A DNA stretch of 64,000 nucleotides from an uncultured archaeon (GCA_964486045.1 CAZALK010000001.1:584242-648241), one strand, 5' to 3'; positions 50,513 through 61,718 are shown, counted from the first letter of the stretch. Translations and numbers: made by a program. Notes: generated by a model from the sequence alone, not told the origin.

Positions 50513-51727
50513 GTGAAAAAAAAACTAATTTTTTTAATTCTAATTGTTTCACTTATCGAAATCCTTAGTATTTCAAATTTTGGTATTAGTTTTGAGTGTA
50601 ATTTAAGCTATATAGAAGTTGATAGAAATAATTATTACCCTGACGAAACAATCAAAATAAACGCCTCTTGGACATTAGATTATAATCCTATCAACGAGGA
50701 AGCTTATATTCAAGTCAGGATCTCAGATGACTTTGATACAGTTGTTTGGAATTCATCAAAATATGATGAAATTGGAAATTTTTCAAAAAATTGGAGTGTA
50801 AATATTAATTTCCTAAATTTAACTCTTAAAAATTATACCAATTATTTATACATAAAATTTGTAAGTGGTTACCACCAAATTGGTACAATGGATATAATAT
50901 CTAATCTTTTAGAAACAATTCAAGTTAAAATACGCAAACGTATCCCATTTTGTCAACTAATTGGATTTAAAGATCAAATAAACTACGGAGACAGTTTAAT
51001 TTTTCAAGCAAGATTTTTTGATGATTTAGTTGAAAATAATACATTCTTGAATAATCAATTAATAAGTTTTCTGATAGAGTCAAATAACTCTACAATTTTC
51101 CAGTCCAATTTCACTACTAATTATTTAGGGAGAATAGATATTTTTATATCTTCAATTGATCATTTAAATTTAGGTGTAAATAATTTGATATTTGAACTAG
51201 AAAAGAATATTGTTTATAATGATTCAAAATTTCAATATGAAGTTTTACTTGAAAAGAATCCTATACTTATTGATGTGATTAGCTTTAAAGAAGATTTGGG
51301 TAATGAAGAAGACTTGATAATGGAGTTATTCTATTACTCTTTTTTCAATAATACGGTAACCCCACTTAAAAATCAAGAAATTGAATTAGTAATTTTAGAT
51401 AACAAAAACATTGTGTACTCACAAGTTTATACTACCGATCTCTTAGGAATATTATCGGTAGCAGTCCCTTATGAATTCATACATTCTAATAAAAATATTA
51501 AGACATTAAAGTTGAATTTAATATTTAATGGTTCCCTTTATTTAGAAAATAGAACACTTTCCCTAAATCTAAACATAAATATCCAGGAAGTAGAGAATGT
51601 AATTCAATTAAATTTTGTATTATTTATCTCTATATTAGTAATAATTTCATTAATTTCATTAACGACATTATTTAAATTTAAAAACGGAGAGAAAAAATTA
51701 TTACCCGATATTACAATTAGATATTGA
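50513..51727 (+). CDS. cell-surface protein with signal peptide, beta-rich (Ig-like) repeats and C-terminal TM anchor
   Basis: MKKK+hydrophobic N-terminus, two T(N/D)..G repeats, many NxS/T sequons, C-terminal TM. Confidence 0.7.
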   Translation: MKKKLIFLILIVSLIEILSISNFGISFECNLSYIEVDRNNYYPDETIKINASWTLDYNPINEEAYIQVRISDDFDTVVWNSSKYDEIGNFSKNWSVNINFLNLTLKNYTNYLYIKFVSGYHQIGTMDIISNLLETIQVKIRKRIPFCQLIGFKDQINYGDSLIFQARFFDDLVENNTFLNNQLISFLIESNNSTIFQSNFTTNYLGRIDIFISSIDHLNLGVNNLIFELEKNIVYNDSKFQYEVLLEKNPILIDVISFKEDLGNEEDLIMELFYYSFFNNTVTPLKNQEIELVILDNKNIVYSQVYTTDLLGILSVAVPYEFIHSNKNIKTLKLNLIFNGSLYLENRTLSLNLNINIQEVENVIQLNFVLFISILVIISLISLTTLFKFKNGEKKLLPDITIRY

Positions 51728-51982
51728 ATGCTGTAACGCTAATCCTTGAATAAATTAATAAAATTTCTTAGGTAATAACCATATAATTGATTAAATTCAA
51801 ATGTATTTCATCCATTTCCTTATAGAAAATCTACAGATCTTTTAAACGACAAAAATTTAAACGGTTTGATTATAATACATTCCATCCGGTTTTTCTAATA
51901 AAAAAACTAATACTCTGTATTTTATTATATACGATCCTCTTTTAAATTTATAATAAACTTCTATTGTGAAATCGGTGTTATT

Positions 51983-53182
51983 ATGGAGTATTTTGAAGAA
52001 CTTTTAAGAAAACCCTCATTATTTCTCGATGAAAGTAAACTCGATATGAATTATGTTCCAGATGAACTACTACACCGAGATAAGGAATTATCCCTTTTAT
52101 CACAGCTATTCCTGACGCTTATTACAAATCCAAATTCAACTTCTAGAAAAATTTTAATAACTGGAAGAACTGGGATTGGAAAAACCGTTACTGTAAAAGT
52201 CTTTGGTGAAATGCTTAGGGAGGCATCAACTAAGAGAAATATATGTATCAAATATGTTCATGTTAATTGTCGGAAGGAAAGAACTAGTTATAAAGTCTTA
52301 ATCAAAATTATTCGATTAATGAATAAGAATTTTCCTAAAAGAGGATATTCCCCTCAGGATTTATTAGAGATTCTAATCGATTTTCTAAATCAGCAAAATA
52401 TACACATCCTAATTGTGCTAGATGAGTTAAGTTATCTAATTAACAAAGGAGAGGATTTGATTTATTTACTAACTCGAATTAATGATGATTCGACAAATGT
52501 TCAACAAAGAGTTTCAATTATTGGAATTGTAAGGGATCTTTCTTGTTTAAATAACTTAGATTATAGCACTATAAGTACGATGCAAAGAAATATAATTAAG
52601 TTCAGTAATTATTCTAAAAAACAGATTTTTGATATTCTAATGTATAGGGCTTATTTAAGTTTAAAAGAAAATGTTTTATCCAAAGACCTGATAAAAATGG
52701 TTGTAGAGTCAACTTATAGGAATGGGGATATCAGGTATGGATTAAACATCTTATGGAAAGCGACAAAAATTGCTGAAAGTAGAGATTTAAAATTTATAGA
52801 TAATGAATGTATCAGACTTGGAAGCCAAGAATTGATCCCATTTTCAACTTTAGATATTTTAAAATATATGTCTCCTCAGAAATTATTTTTTTTGCTTGCA
52901 ATTGTTAAGGGATTAAAAATCTCTAAAAAAACAGAAATTTCCTTTCTAGAAATATCAAAAAGATATCATATCATATGCGAAAATTTAGGTTTAAATCCCA
53001 GATCGAACTCGCAATTATGGAACTATCTTCAAGAATTTAAGCGTGAGAGTATAGTTCTTATTAATATTCTAAGCGAGAAAATAAAAGGAAGAAGAGCCCT
53101 AATTCAAATACCCGAAATAAATTTAGCAAAATTAGAAAAAATTATTATAAATATACTGAAATTAAAAGAAATAAATATCTAA
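51983..53182 (+). CDS. cdc6: Orc1/Cdc6 replication initiator
   Basis: YVPDELLHRD, GRTGIGKT, VHVNC, IVLDE, GDIR, C-terminal wHTH. Confidence 0.93.
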   Translation: MEYFEELLRKPSLFLDESKLDMNYVPDELLHRDKELSLLSQLFLTLITNPNSTSRKILITGRTGIGKTVTVKVFGEMLREASTKRNICIKYVHVNCRKERTSYKVLIKIIRLMNKNFPKRGYSPQDLLEILIDFLNQQNIHILIVLDELSYLINKGEDLIYLLTRINDDSTNVQQRVSIIGIVRDLSCLNNLDYSTISTMQRNIIKFSNYSKKQIFDILMYRAYLSLKENVLSKDLIKMVVESTYRNGDIRYGLNILWKATKIAESRDLKFIDNECIRLGSQELIPFSTLDILKYMSPQKLFFLLAIVKGLKISKKTEISFLEISKRYHIICENLGLNPRSNSQLWNYLQEFKRESIVLINILSEKIKGRRALIQIPEINLAKLEKIIINILKLKEINI

Positions 53183-53184
53183 AC

Positions 53185-53475
53185 ATGATAAATCCGGAAA
53201 ATAAGCCATTAATCGAAGATCTATTAGGATCAAGAGGGAAAATCAAAATTTTAAAAGTTCTTGCTCGGAATGAAGAATTATCTATTTCGCAGATAATTAA
53301 TAAAACTAAACTAAATCATTCAAATGTTAATAAACATCTAAATCACCTTGAAAGTCATGGTTTAATCCAAGAAAAAAAGTTTGGAAGGATTAAAATATTT
53401 AGATATAGAATAGAAAATATAAAAGCAAGGAGTTTAAAAAAGTTTATTGATATTTGGGAAGGAGATTCCTATTGA
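53185..53475 (+). CDS. ArsR-like winged HTH protein
   Basis: LLGSRGKIKILKVL...SISQI......NHS.V.KHL..L...GLI.EK.FGRI; commonly follows cdc6. Confidence 0.85.
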   Translation: MINPENKPLIEDLLGSRGKIKILKVLARNEELSISQIINKTKLNHSNVNKHLNHLESHGLIQEKKFGRIKIFRYRIENIKARSLKKFIDIWEGDSY

Positions 53476-53476
53476 T

Positions 53477-54136
53477 ATGATAAAATTGTTTTTAATAATT
53501 TATTATACTTTGACAAGTATATTATTCCTTTCTTTTCTCTATTTAGATTTAAAATTTAGAGTAGTACCAATAAGTTTTTTTAAATTTAGTTATATTATAG
53601 GGTTTGTTTTAAATTTTTTTGAATTCTTAAACTATATCGAAAAGTTTCCAATTATTGTTTATTTAAGAGTTTTTGTGGTATTCTTAGCATTTTCGTTGTC
53701 TTTTATGCTTTATAATTTGAAAATAATTGGTGGTAGCGATGGTAAACTCATGATTTTTATTTTTTTTGTGTATCCTATTATCCTTTTAAACGTAACCGTT
53801 ATTTTTTCTTTTTTCCTAATCTTTTCCCTGTTTTTTGTCATTTTTTTTATAGTAAACCTTATTATCAATAATATTTTTGGAGATAATCTTTCATTCATAG
53901 TCTTCTTCAATTCAAATTTTAAGCTCTCAATTTTTAAAAAAATTTACTTTAGATCGTTTTATAGCTTCTTTGATTATTCAGATCTAAGTCATCATATTGA
54001 TAGTAGATACCCTATAAAATCGTTAAATATAATATATAATTTAAAGAAAAATAAATTTCAGATACTATGCCAAATCCGTCCTCCTCTAATAGTATTTATA
54101 ATTCTCTCTTATTATACAATTTTCTTTTTAAACTAA
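53477..54136 (+). CDS. prepilin/preflagellin peptidase (A24 family)
   Basis: YLDLKFRVV and IIGGSDGK catalytic aspartate motifs, multiple TM helices. Confidence 0.85.
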   Translation: MIKLFLIIYYTLTSILFLSFLYLDLKFRVVPISFFKFSYIIGFVLNFFEFLNYIEKFPIIVYLRVFVVFLAFSLSFMLYNLKIIGGSDGKLMIFIFFVYPIILLNVTVIFSFFLIFSLFFVIFFIVNLIINNIFGDNLSFIVFFNSNFKLSIFKKIYFRSFYSFFDYSDLSHHIDSRYPIKSLNIIYNLKKNKFQILCQIRPPLIVFIILSYYTIFFLN

Positions 54137-54222
54137 ATCCTTTGCAATTTACTTCGAAGTAATTTTAAATTTAATGATTTTTACTAGAATAATGAATTTA
54201 ATTATTATGTGAAAATATAATT

Positions 54223-54615
54223 ATGGAAATTGAAAAAACAAGAGAAACTTCGTGGAGAATTCAGTTAAAAAATAGGAATGAAAATATTGAAATCACATCT
54301 GTTGAGATAAGTGGTGAAGTTCGGATTATCAAACTAGCAATTCTGAAAAATGAAAAAACATTAAAAGTTGAAATGAATAAGGAAGAATTTTTTAATTTTC
54401 TGTCTCTAATATCTGCCTTCAAAGATGTTGTGATAGGAGATGACTCAGGAACCATTGATGAGGATCCGTCTATAATGGAAATTGAACCTCAAAAGGTAAA
54501 GGATATTTCTGATATAAACAACACGATGTATCCTATTAATTCAGAACCATTAGAAAATAATTTTAAAGAGTCTGAGAAAGATGAATTAAATCCCGAAGAA
54601 TGGGATCCTTGGTAA
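54223..54615 (+). CDS. hypothetical protein with acidic C-terminal tail
   Basis: beta-beta-alpha N-domain, tail ending ELNPEEWDPW. Confidence 0.65.
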   Translation: MEIEKTRETSWRIQLKNRNENIEITSVEISGEVRIIKLAILKNEKTLKVEMNKEEFFNFLSLISAFKDVVIGDDSGTIDEDPSIMEIEPQKVKDISDINNTMYPINSEPLENNFKESEKDELNPEEWDPW

Positions 54616-54621
54616 TATACC

Positions 54622-55113
54622 TTAATTGCTTTTTATTTCAATTTTAAATTCGCAGTTCTCTAGACTTAAATCTTCAAGGGAACATTGAGTTTCAATAACA
54701 TTAACTCGGTATAATGCGAATTCCCCAAATCCAGCTAATAATCCAGTAATGAAAAAACAAAAATATTTTGATTTATTTTCTAATTCTGAAGAAATATTAT
54801 GATGAAGATCGATAACTATTGAATCCTCGGAAACAATTTTAGGATTAAACCGTCCCCATCCGTGGTTACCTAAGATATTTGTGAATTGATTTACTAAATC
54901 ATCCAAAGATTTTGGTTTTAAATTCTCTTCCCATGTCTGTATCAACTTCCAACCTGCTTTTTTACCTAACCATACCAATAATGATTTTACACCTTCTCCG
55001 TAAATAGAAGCTAAAATATCTATTACATGAGGTGGGAAAAAAGCAAAACGATCATTAAATAGCCGATATTTGCCTTTACTAAATTTTAATCCCTTTAATT
55101 TTAAATTTTTCAT
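54622..55113 (-). CDS. V4R domain protein
   Basis: LGKKAG, HGWGRF, CFFITGLLAG, ETQC......CEF. Confidence 0.85.
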   Translation of the reverse strand: MKNLKLKGLKFSKGKYRLFNDRFAFFPPHVIDILASIYGEGVKSLLVWLGKKAGWKLIQTWEENLKPKSLDDLVNQFTNILGNHGWGRFNPKIVSEDSIVIDLHHNISSELENKSKYFCFFITGLLAGFGEFALYRVNVIETQCSLEDLSLENCEFKIEIKSN

Positions 55114-55296
55114 AATTATTATCAGCTTTTTTTCTTATATAATATTTTCTAACACAATTTAGTTCTAAGAATCTAATTGATTAAAAAATGTAATATTTTC
55201 TAAATTCAAACTTCATTACGAAGAAAGATAAAAGTTCTTTCTCTCAATCAAACAAGATGTTGACTTTAAATAATTTCGTACGAATTTTTTTAGTGA

Positions 55297-55596
55297 ATGT
55301 TAGAGTTAAATATCCTATTATTAGAAATTTCCATAATTTTAGGTATTATTATTTTAATTTTCATCTTCTCCCTTGTTTCAACTGATCTCCTCATAACGTC
55401 ATTGTCATTTCTAATATTCTTAATTTTATTAATTCCTTTTCATATATTAATAAAGAAATTTGAATTAACTGTATTCGTAAATAATTTAGAAGGTTCTCCA
55501 CTTTACCAATTAATTTTATTTTATTCCTGGCTACTAAATATTTTTATTGGGGGATGTTTATTTATTGAATTGATTTATCTTTTTATTTATTGCTAG
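55297..55596 (+). CDS. membrane protein (3 TM)
   Basis: Highly hydrophobic 99-aa ORF. Confidence 0.55.
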   Translation: MLELNILLLEISIILGIIILIFIFSLVSTDLLITSLSFLIFLILLIPFHILIKKFELTVFVNNLEGSPLYQLILFYSWLLNIFIGGCLFIELIYLFIYC

Positions 55597-55623
55597 AAGA
55601 TGAAATATTCCCAGTTTTCGTTT

Positions 55624-57147
55624 TCATACGAAATTCGAGATATTTATGAATGTAATTAAAAATGTTAGGATGAATATTATATTTGATGCTAAAATTATTG
55701 GTAATCTTCTTACATGGTATATTATTTTTAAGAAATAATTTGAAGTTATTGAGATACTTGATATCAATACGATTACTATGATGACTATACTGAAAATGTT
55801 AAATGGATTTTCAAAAACCAGCAGAAATTCATTTCCAACTAAATCAATACTTCTAATTATAATGTTAAAAAAAGGTAGTAATCCAGAAATACTTCCTGTA
55901 ATGATTGGGAGAAGAAAAATAAAAAAAAGAATTTTAAACTTCTCACCTTTCATAATAACTTCTAATTTTCTTTCAAGCTTTTGGTGTTTACGTATTATTT
56001 TTAAGAGTTCAAAAATTTTATCAGATGTATAATAAGCGCTTCTTTCAGTAAATTTTTTTATTGCATCTAAAATGATTACATAACGTAAAGATTTCAATTC
56101 TGATTTTAAAAGTTCTAGTATTTCACTAAATGAATATGTAAAATTAAGAAGATAAGAAATTTGATTCTTTAAAGGTTTATTTAAAATTGTAATTACCTTT
56201 TTATTTTGGTTATAAGATTTAAGAAACGCTTTTTCAGGAGAGAAGTTAGTTTTTAAATGGCTAGCAAATCCCCTTAAAAATAAGAGGAATTCTTCATATT
56301 TTTTTCTTTCATGTCTCGAAAAGTCATTTATTAATCCAATCAAATAACCTTGGTTTCTTATAAATTTCCTAAACAATAGATTCATAAATATAGTAAAAAA
56401 TGGAATGAAAAAGATCAAGAATATAATATTTATTAGTTGAAATAAAATAAGAAAACATATACCGATTGGAAAGAATAATCCAATAAAAAATAAGACACTG
56501 ATTTTTGACTGTATTTGCCTGAGATAAATATTAAATTGCTTTTCTAAAGTGTTCTCATTAGCATCTCCATAATCATTATAATTAAAGTTATTGATCAATA
56601 AACTTTTAATAAAATTATCAAAATCATTTGACGGTGTTTTTAATTCAGTTAATTCTTTTTCTGGATTTTTTCCTTCTTGAACTCTTTTAAAAATTGATTT
56701 AAAATAATTTGAAATTGGAATTTTGTATGATTTGACTAATTCAATGAAGCGAAGACAATTATCAGAATTTTCTTTGCTAGTCTTTTGAATTAATGAAAAA
56801 TCGATTTTGATAATGTATAAAACTGAATTTAATAATGATTCTTTTTTCGTAATATCATTAAAAAGAATTGAATTAAACTTGTATGATGAAATCATTGAAA
56901 TTGTTATTGAATAAAGTATAATAATTAAGAAATTAAGAGAAGAAAGGAGTAATGAAATTGTTATTGTAATAAAAAAAGATATTAAAAAAATTATAAAACT
57001 TGCTTTATTGACATCGGCTTCATTAGTATTATATAATGTTCGATATAAATCACAATATCTTTCATCTAATTCCTTATATCTAAGTTTTGGAATTTTATAC
57101 TTATGAAATTTTGAACAAAAATTAGCATACTTTTCAATATTTTTCAT
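55624..57147 (-). CDS. type II/IV secretion membrane platform protein (TadC/FlaJ/GspF-like)
   Basis: Two repeats of TM + cytoplasmic domain (EGKNPEKEL; NFSPEKAF); downstream of a secretion ATPase. Confidence 0.7.
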   Translation of the reverse strand: MKNIEKYANFCSKFHKYKIPKLRYKELDERYCDLYRTLYNTNEADVNKASFIIFLISFFITITISLLLSSLNFLIIILYSITISMISSYKFNSILFNDITKKESLLNSVLYIIKIDFSLIQKTSKENSDNCLRFIELVKSYKIPISNYFKSIFKRVQEGKNPEKELTELKTPSNDFDNFIKSLLINNFNYNDYGDANENTLEKQFNIYLRQIQSKISVLFFIGLFFPIGICFLILFQLINIIFLIFFIPFFTIFMNLLFRKFIRNQGYLIGLINDFSRHERKKYEEFLLFLRGFASHLKTNFSPEKAFLKSYNQNKKVITILNKPLKNQISYLLNFTYSFSEILELLKSELKSLRYVIILDAIKKFTERSAYYTSDKIFELLKIIRKHQKLERKLEVIMKGEKFKILFFIFLLPIITGSISGLLPFFNIIIRSIDLVGNEFLLVFENPFNIFSIVIIVIVLISSISITSNYFLKIIYHVRRLPIILASNIIFILTFLITFINISNFV

Positions 57148-57160
57148 AGAATCTACAGTT

Positions 57161-57583
57161 TTAATATAAATTTAAAAAATTAACGATAATATATGATGAT
57201 GGATAAGAAACATTTAAAACATATGTCAGTGAGGGAAGACTACGATAGAAACAATTATGAAAACTTGCGTTATAGGATAAAACTTTATTATATATTTTAC
57301 CTCCAATGAGAAACTCGCTAAGAATATATGCATCAAAAAATGTTAAGTTAATATTACTAGGATATAATATATCTTGTAGATAAGATTTTTCTGGATTTTG
57401 AATAACTAAAAGAACTGCTTCGTTTATTTCATCAAGAAATTCCATATAAATCTCTAATTCACCCTTTTCATTCTCACTATATTTTGTTAATTCGTCAAGA
57501 AATGGAATCAAGATCACAGAGAAAACCGTGAGTAAAAAAATGCTAAAGCCTAGAAGTAATGACTTTTCTAAAAGATTTGTCAT
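57161..57583 (-). CDS. pilin-like protein
   Basis: N-terminal TNLLE + hydrophobic helix, between ATPase and platform genes. Confidence 0.5.
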   Translation of the reverse strand: MTNLLEKSLLLGFSIFLLTVFSVILIPFLDELTKYSENEKGELEIYMEFLDEINEAVLLVIQNPEKSYLQDILYPSNINLTFFDAYILSEFLIGGKIYNKVLSYNASFHNCFYRSLPSLTYVLNVSYPSSYIIVNFLNLY

Positions 57584-57599
57584 GAAAAGGAGTTAATAT

Positions 57600-59759
57600 T
57601 TAAGGATTTAAATCCCCCTTTTTTTTTTTCCAGTCACCCCAGAATTGATGTATAGCATCAACAGAGATGAAAGAAAGATAGGAGATTTTATGAAACAGAT
57701 CTATTAATTCATACTTGTCTATTGAATTTATTTCTGTTAGAAATTCGAAAATTTCTCTGTAAATATTTATAATGGAAGTAAACTTTTCCTTCGATAAATT
57801 TTCACTTTTTTTAAATTCAGTTATAACTTTTGTCTCATAAAGGGATTTTGATAATTTCCAGGTCTCTGAAAGAGGGATATAGTTAAAGATTGAATCATAA
57901 TATTTATCAACCTCATTATTTTCCTTATTTACTTCAGAAATTGAAAGAACACGCCTTAAATTTTGTTCCTTTTTCATCAAAACTAAAAGGTCAAGATCAT
58001 ATAAACATGATTTATTTATATCAAAGTGGTAAAGAAAGCGATTTATTAAAGAGTCTATACTACTTGCATGAATTGTTTGAAAACCCTTTAATCCTGCTGC
58101 TAAACAATGAAACATAGCTTCGGATTCTTCTTTAGTTAAAATCTCTCCTAAATAAATAATATCAGGTGTTCTATGTAATAGCGTTTTAATTATATTACTC
58201 TTTGAATATTTTTGGGAAAATTGATTTTCTAATGAATCTACTTGATATTTTAATTGATGTTTTCCCATATCAAACTGTTTTAATGATTCCGTTACATTTT
58301 CAACATAAATTTTCCTAAATTCTTTTGGGGTCAGTAAATCTAAAGCATTAATTAAAGTTGTTTTACCTGAATCTGTTTCACCAGTAATCGTTATATTTGA
58401 TTTTCTTAAAACATTAAAGTATAGAAATGCTGCCATTAAGGAATCTAAAGTTCCGTTTTTCAAAAGATCTTGAATCGTGAAAATATTTCTATTTAATTTC
58501 CGAATATCTAAAGCAAAATTATGTAGCTGGATAGGATCAATATCAATTGCAAGTCTACAGTAGAAATAATTGTTCTTTATCACCAATTTTATACTCGGAT
58601 TTGTGTAATCAAGTCCTTTACCGCTATATAGTCTAGCCATTGTTTTCAGGCGATCCATTTCTGTCGATGTTAATTTTATCATGGTCCGACATCGACCATA
58701 TTTTTGATGATTTACATAAATATTATCATAGGGTGAGTCCAAGAATATTTCTTCTACTAGATCATCAATTAATAGTGGGAATAATTTTTCGAGTCCTAAT
58801 TTCCTTATAGCTACTAATAGTCCAATCCTTTTTATTTCCAGCTCTGGGAGATTGTATTTTGAATTCAATAATTCAATAGATTCGTTTTTATAGACATTTA
58901 TTAGCGTTTCTAAAGGAATAATATTGTCAAATTCACCAACGTCTATATTTGATAGAATATTTTTTATAATTTTCTCGGTATAATCTTTTTCTTTATCTTT
59001 CTCAAGGAATAATTTTATTCTATAAAATTTCTCACTTTCAAATGATCGCTTATAAATACTAACCTGAAAACTGTGATACTGACCAATATTGTAAGTCTTT
59101 AATAACATTTCACTTTTCTTTAACTTAAATTCTAGAATTTCAGGATTTGCATGATCAGCATAAATGGTTTTAGAAAATAAATATTCATAAAAACTGACAT
59201 TTTTATTATGAAATTTTTTAAAATATTGAATTCCCTTTAGGTTATTAAAAATCGCTAAAATTGATTTTGATAGCTTTTCAATGTAATCCAAGCATTTTTT
59301 ACAAGCTAAATTATTTAATTGTACCTTATTAGGATTTGGATCCACGTTAGAGATAACCTGGTATACATAGAGAAGATCATAAAATTCAGATTCTTTTATT
59401 CTTTGTAATTTGGTAAAATTGGGAGAGAATCCACACTTAAATTCATCGAAACGACATTTAATCGTTCTCACATTTACTAACTTTTGTATGATTTTTCTGA
59501 TTTTTTTGATTTTTTTAAAGTATTCCAAAAATAATTCAATTTTATGAGATTCAATTAGAAATCCATTCCATGAAATTGAACTAATATTAGCGCTTTTGTG
59601 AAGAAATAAATTATAAAATAAACAGTGTAAACATCTGCTATTTACGTTAAAAGTTTCTTTTCTTGAAACACATTTATTACAATCAATAAACAGTACTAAA
59701 TCTCTTTTTCCGAATAAATTTTCTTTTTCTTGAAGGTAACTAACATTTTTTAAAATCAT
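57600..59759 (-). CDS. type II/IV secretion ATPase (VirB11/TadA/FlaI family)
   Basis: LLIDDLVEEIF, DIRK, GETDSGKTT, LHRTPDIIYLGEI, QTIHA; Cys-rich N-terminus. Confidence 0.9.
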   Translation of the reverse strand: MILKNVSYLQEKENLFGKRDLVLFIDCNKCVSRKETFNVNSRCLHCLFYNLFLHKSANISSISWNGFLIESHKIELFLEYFKKIKKIRKIIQKLVNVRTIKCRFDEFKCGFSPNFTKLQRIKESEFYDLLYVYQVISNVDPNPNKVQLNNLACKKCLDYIEKLSKSILAIFNNLKGIQYFKKFHNKNVSFYEYLFSKTIYADHANPEILEFKLKKSEMLLKTYNIGQYHSFQVSIYKRSFESEKFYRIKLFLEKDKEKDYTEKIIKNILSNIDVGEFDNIIPLETLINVYKNESIELLNSKYNLPELEIKRIGLLVAIRKLGLEKLFPLLIDDLVEEIFLDSPYDNIYVNHQKYGRCRTMIKLTSTEMDRLKTMARLYSGKGLDYTNPSIKLVIKNNYFYCRLAIDIDPIQLHNFALDIRKLNRNIFTIQDLLKNGTLDSLMAAFLYFNVLRKSNITITGETDSGKTTLINALDLLTPKEFRKIYVENVTESLKQFDMGKHQLKYQVDSLENQFSQKYSKSNIIKTLLHRTPDIIYLGEILTKEESEAMFHCLAAGLKGFQTIHASSIDSLINRFLYHFDINKSCLYDLDLLVLMKKEQNLRRVLSISEVNKENNEVDKYYDSIFNYIPLSETWKLSKSLYETKVITEFKKSENLSKEKFTSIINIYREIFEFLTEINSIDKYELIDLFHKISYLSFISVDAIHQFWGDWKKKKGDLNP

Positions 59760-59889
59760 TTAAACTTTTTTTTAAAAAGAAAAATATAAATCACCCCATT
59801 TTATTCATAAGAGAATTTCAGTATATTTAAAAAAGAATGAAAAAATTTATTTATTTTGTAAAATTAAATTCCAAAAGTTAGTGATTGTT

Positions 59890-60909
59890 ATGGGTCATCG
59901 AAAAAAACACGCACCAAGGCATGGATCATTAGCATTCCTCCCAAGAAAAAGAGCCGCTTCTATAAAAGCTCGAGTAAGGCACTGGGAAGATAACTCAGAA
60001 CAGATAAATTTTCTTGGGTTTGCTGGTTTTAAAGCAGGAATGTCTCATGTACTTTATATTGAAGACCAACCAAACAGTCCATATTACGGAAAAGAATTAA
60101 TGAAACCTATTACCGTAGTTGAGGTTCCCCCATTAGTGCTTATTGGGGTTAGAGTATATGGTAAAGATGATTATGGTAAGTACATTGTAGGAGAAATATT
60201 TACAAATGAGTTTAATAATTTTATAGTTCGAAAAGTGAGTCTTCCAAATATCGAAAACTATGATATTGCAAAAATTAAAAACAAAATTCTAAAAGAAATA
60301 GATGAGACATGTGAAATTAGAGGAATATTTCAGACTCAGCCATATAAAACTTCACTACCTAGAAAAAAGCCAGATATTATCGAAATTAAAGTTAATTCTT
60401 CGAATAAGCCAAACGATGAATTTAACTTTGCGCTAAAAAATTTGGGAAAAGAATTTAGAGCTAGAGACATATTAAATGAGGGTGAACTGATAGATACCAT
60501 AGCGGTAACCAAAGGGAAGGGTTTTCAAGGTCCGGTTAAAAGATTTGGGATTAAAATCTTAACTAGAAAAAATAGTAAAATAAAGAGAACAGTTGCTTGT
60601 ATTGGCCCTTGGCACCCCGCGAGAGTTCTTTATACTGTCCCGCGAGCGGGTCAAATGGGATTTCATCAAAGAACGGAATACCATAAAAGAATTATGTTAA
60701 TCGGAGAGAATGAGGAGGAAATCAACCCAAAGGGTGGATATATTAGATACGGAAAGATCCAAGGGGATTATTTATTAATACTTGGTTCTATCCCCGGACC
60801 AAAAAAAAGATTAATTCGAATAAGGAAAACAATAAGACCACTAAAATCATTTGTAGTCAAAGCTCCAGAAATTACCTTTATTAGCCGAGAAAGTCACCAA
60901 CGAAAATAA
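59890..60909 (+). CDS. rpl3: 50S ribosomal protein L3
   Basis: APRHGSLAFLPRKRA, GFKAGMSH, TKGKGFQGPVKR, GPWHP. Confidence 0.98.
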   Translation: MGHRKKHAPRHGSLAFLPRKRAASIKARVRHWEDNSEQINFLGFAGFKAGMSHVLYIEDQPNSPYYGKELMKPITVVEVPPLVLIGVRVYGKDDYGKYIVGEIFTNEFNNFIVRKVSLPNIENYDIAKIKNKILKEIDETCEIRGIFQTQPYKTSLPRKKPDIIEIKVNSSNKPNDEFNFALKNLGKEFRARDILNEGELIDTIAVTKGKGFQGPVKRFGIKILTRKNSKIKRTVACIGPWHPARVLYTVPRAGQMGFHQRTEYHKRIMLIGENEEEINPKGGYIRYGKIQGDYLLILGSIPGPKKRLIRIRKTIRPLKSFVVKAPEITFISRESHQRK

Positions 60910-60928
60910 ATAAATTTAAAGCGTTATT

Positions 60929-61717
60929 ATGGAAAAAATTAATGTTTATGATTTAGATGGGAAGAAAAAAGGATTAATTGATAAACCTGAGGTATTTAGC
61001 GTAAAACCTAGAATGGATCTTATTCAAATGGCTCATAATGTAACTATTAGTAAAAACAAGCAAGCTCAGGGAAGGGATCGAGGAGCAGGATTAAAAAATA
61101 TTTCAGAAGGGTGGGGTACGGGTTATGGTATGTCTCGAGCACCTAGAAGGAAGGGATCTGGTTTCCCTACTTCAAGACATGTAGGAAGGGTTCCTTTCGC
61201 TAAGGGTGGCCGCCGTACTCATCCGATTAAATCCGAGAAAATAGGTAAAAAAAAAATTAATAAAAAAACAAATAAAGCCTCAATTATTTCAGCCATTTCT
61301 GCTTCTGGGGATAGGATGTGGGTAAAAAAACGAGGGTATGATATCGATAATATTTCTGAATTACCATTAGTCGTTGATGACAAAATTCAGACAATCAAAA
61401 AAACAGAAACAATTTATTCCGCTTTATGTAACTTAGGACTGAAAGAGGAATTACTTAAAACAAAAAAGAAAAGAAAAATAAGAAGCGGAAAGGGTAAAGC
61501 TAGGGGTCGTAAATACAAATTTAAAAAAGGAGTATTAATCATCATAAAAGAGGATTTTGGGATTGTTAAAGCCTCAAGAAACATTTCTGGAACAGATATC
61601 ATTAAGCTAGATAATATCTCCATTAAAAAATTAGCACCAGGCGGCGTTTCAGGAAGATTAATTCTATGGTCACAATCAGCTTTTAGTGATTTAAAAAACT
61701 ACGAGGAGTCAATTTAA
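60929..61717 (+). CDS. rpl4: 50S ribosomal protein L4
   Basis: [34 protein letters not shown]. Confidence 0.97.
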   Translation: MEKINVYDLDGKKKGLIDKPEVFSVKPRMDLIQMAHNVTISKNKQAQGRDRGAGLKNISEGWGTGYGMSRAPRRKGSGFPTSRHVGRVPFAKGGRRTHPIKSEKIGKKKINKKTNKASIISAISASGDRMWVKKRGYDIDNISELPLVVDDKIQTIKKTETIYSALCNLGLKEELLKTKKKRKIRSGKGKARGRKYKFKKGVLIIIKEDFGIVKASRNISGTDIIKLDNISIKKLAPGGVSGRLILWSQSAFSDLKNYEESI

Positions 61718-61718
61718 T

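Noticed and set aside
51728-51982. Replication origin upstream of cdc6
   Set aside because: AT-rich, but no convincing repeated ORB (TTCCAxTGGAAA/G-string) elements seen
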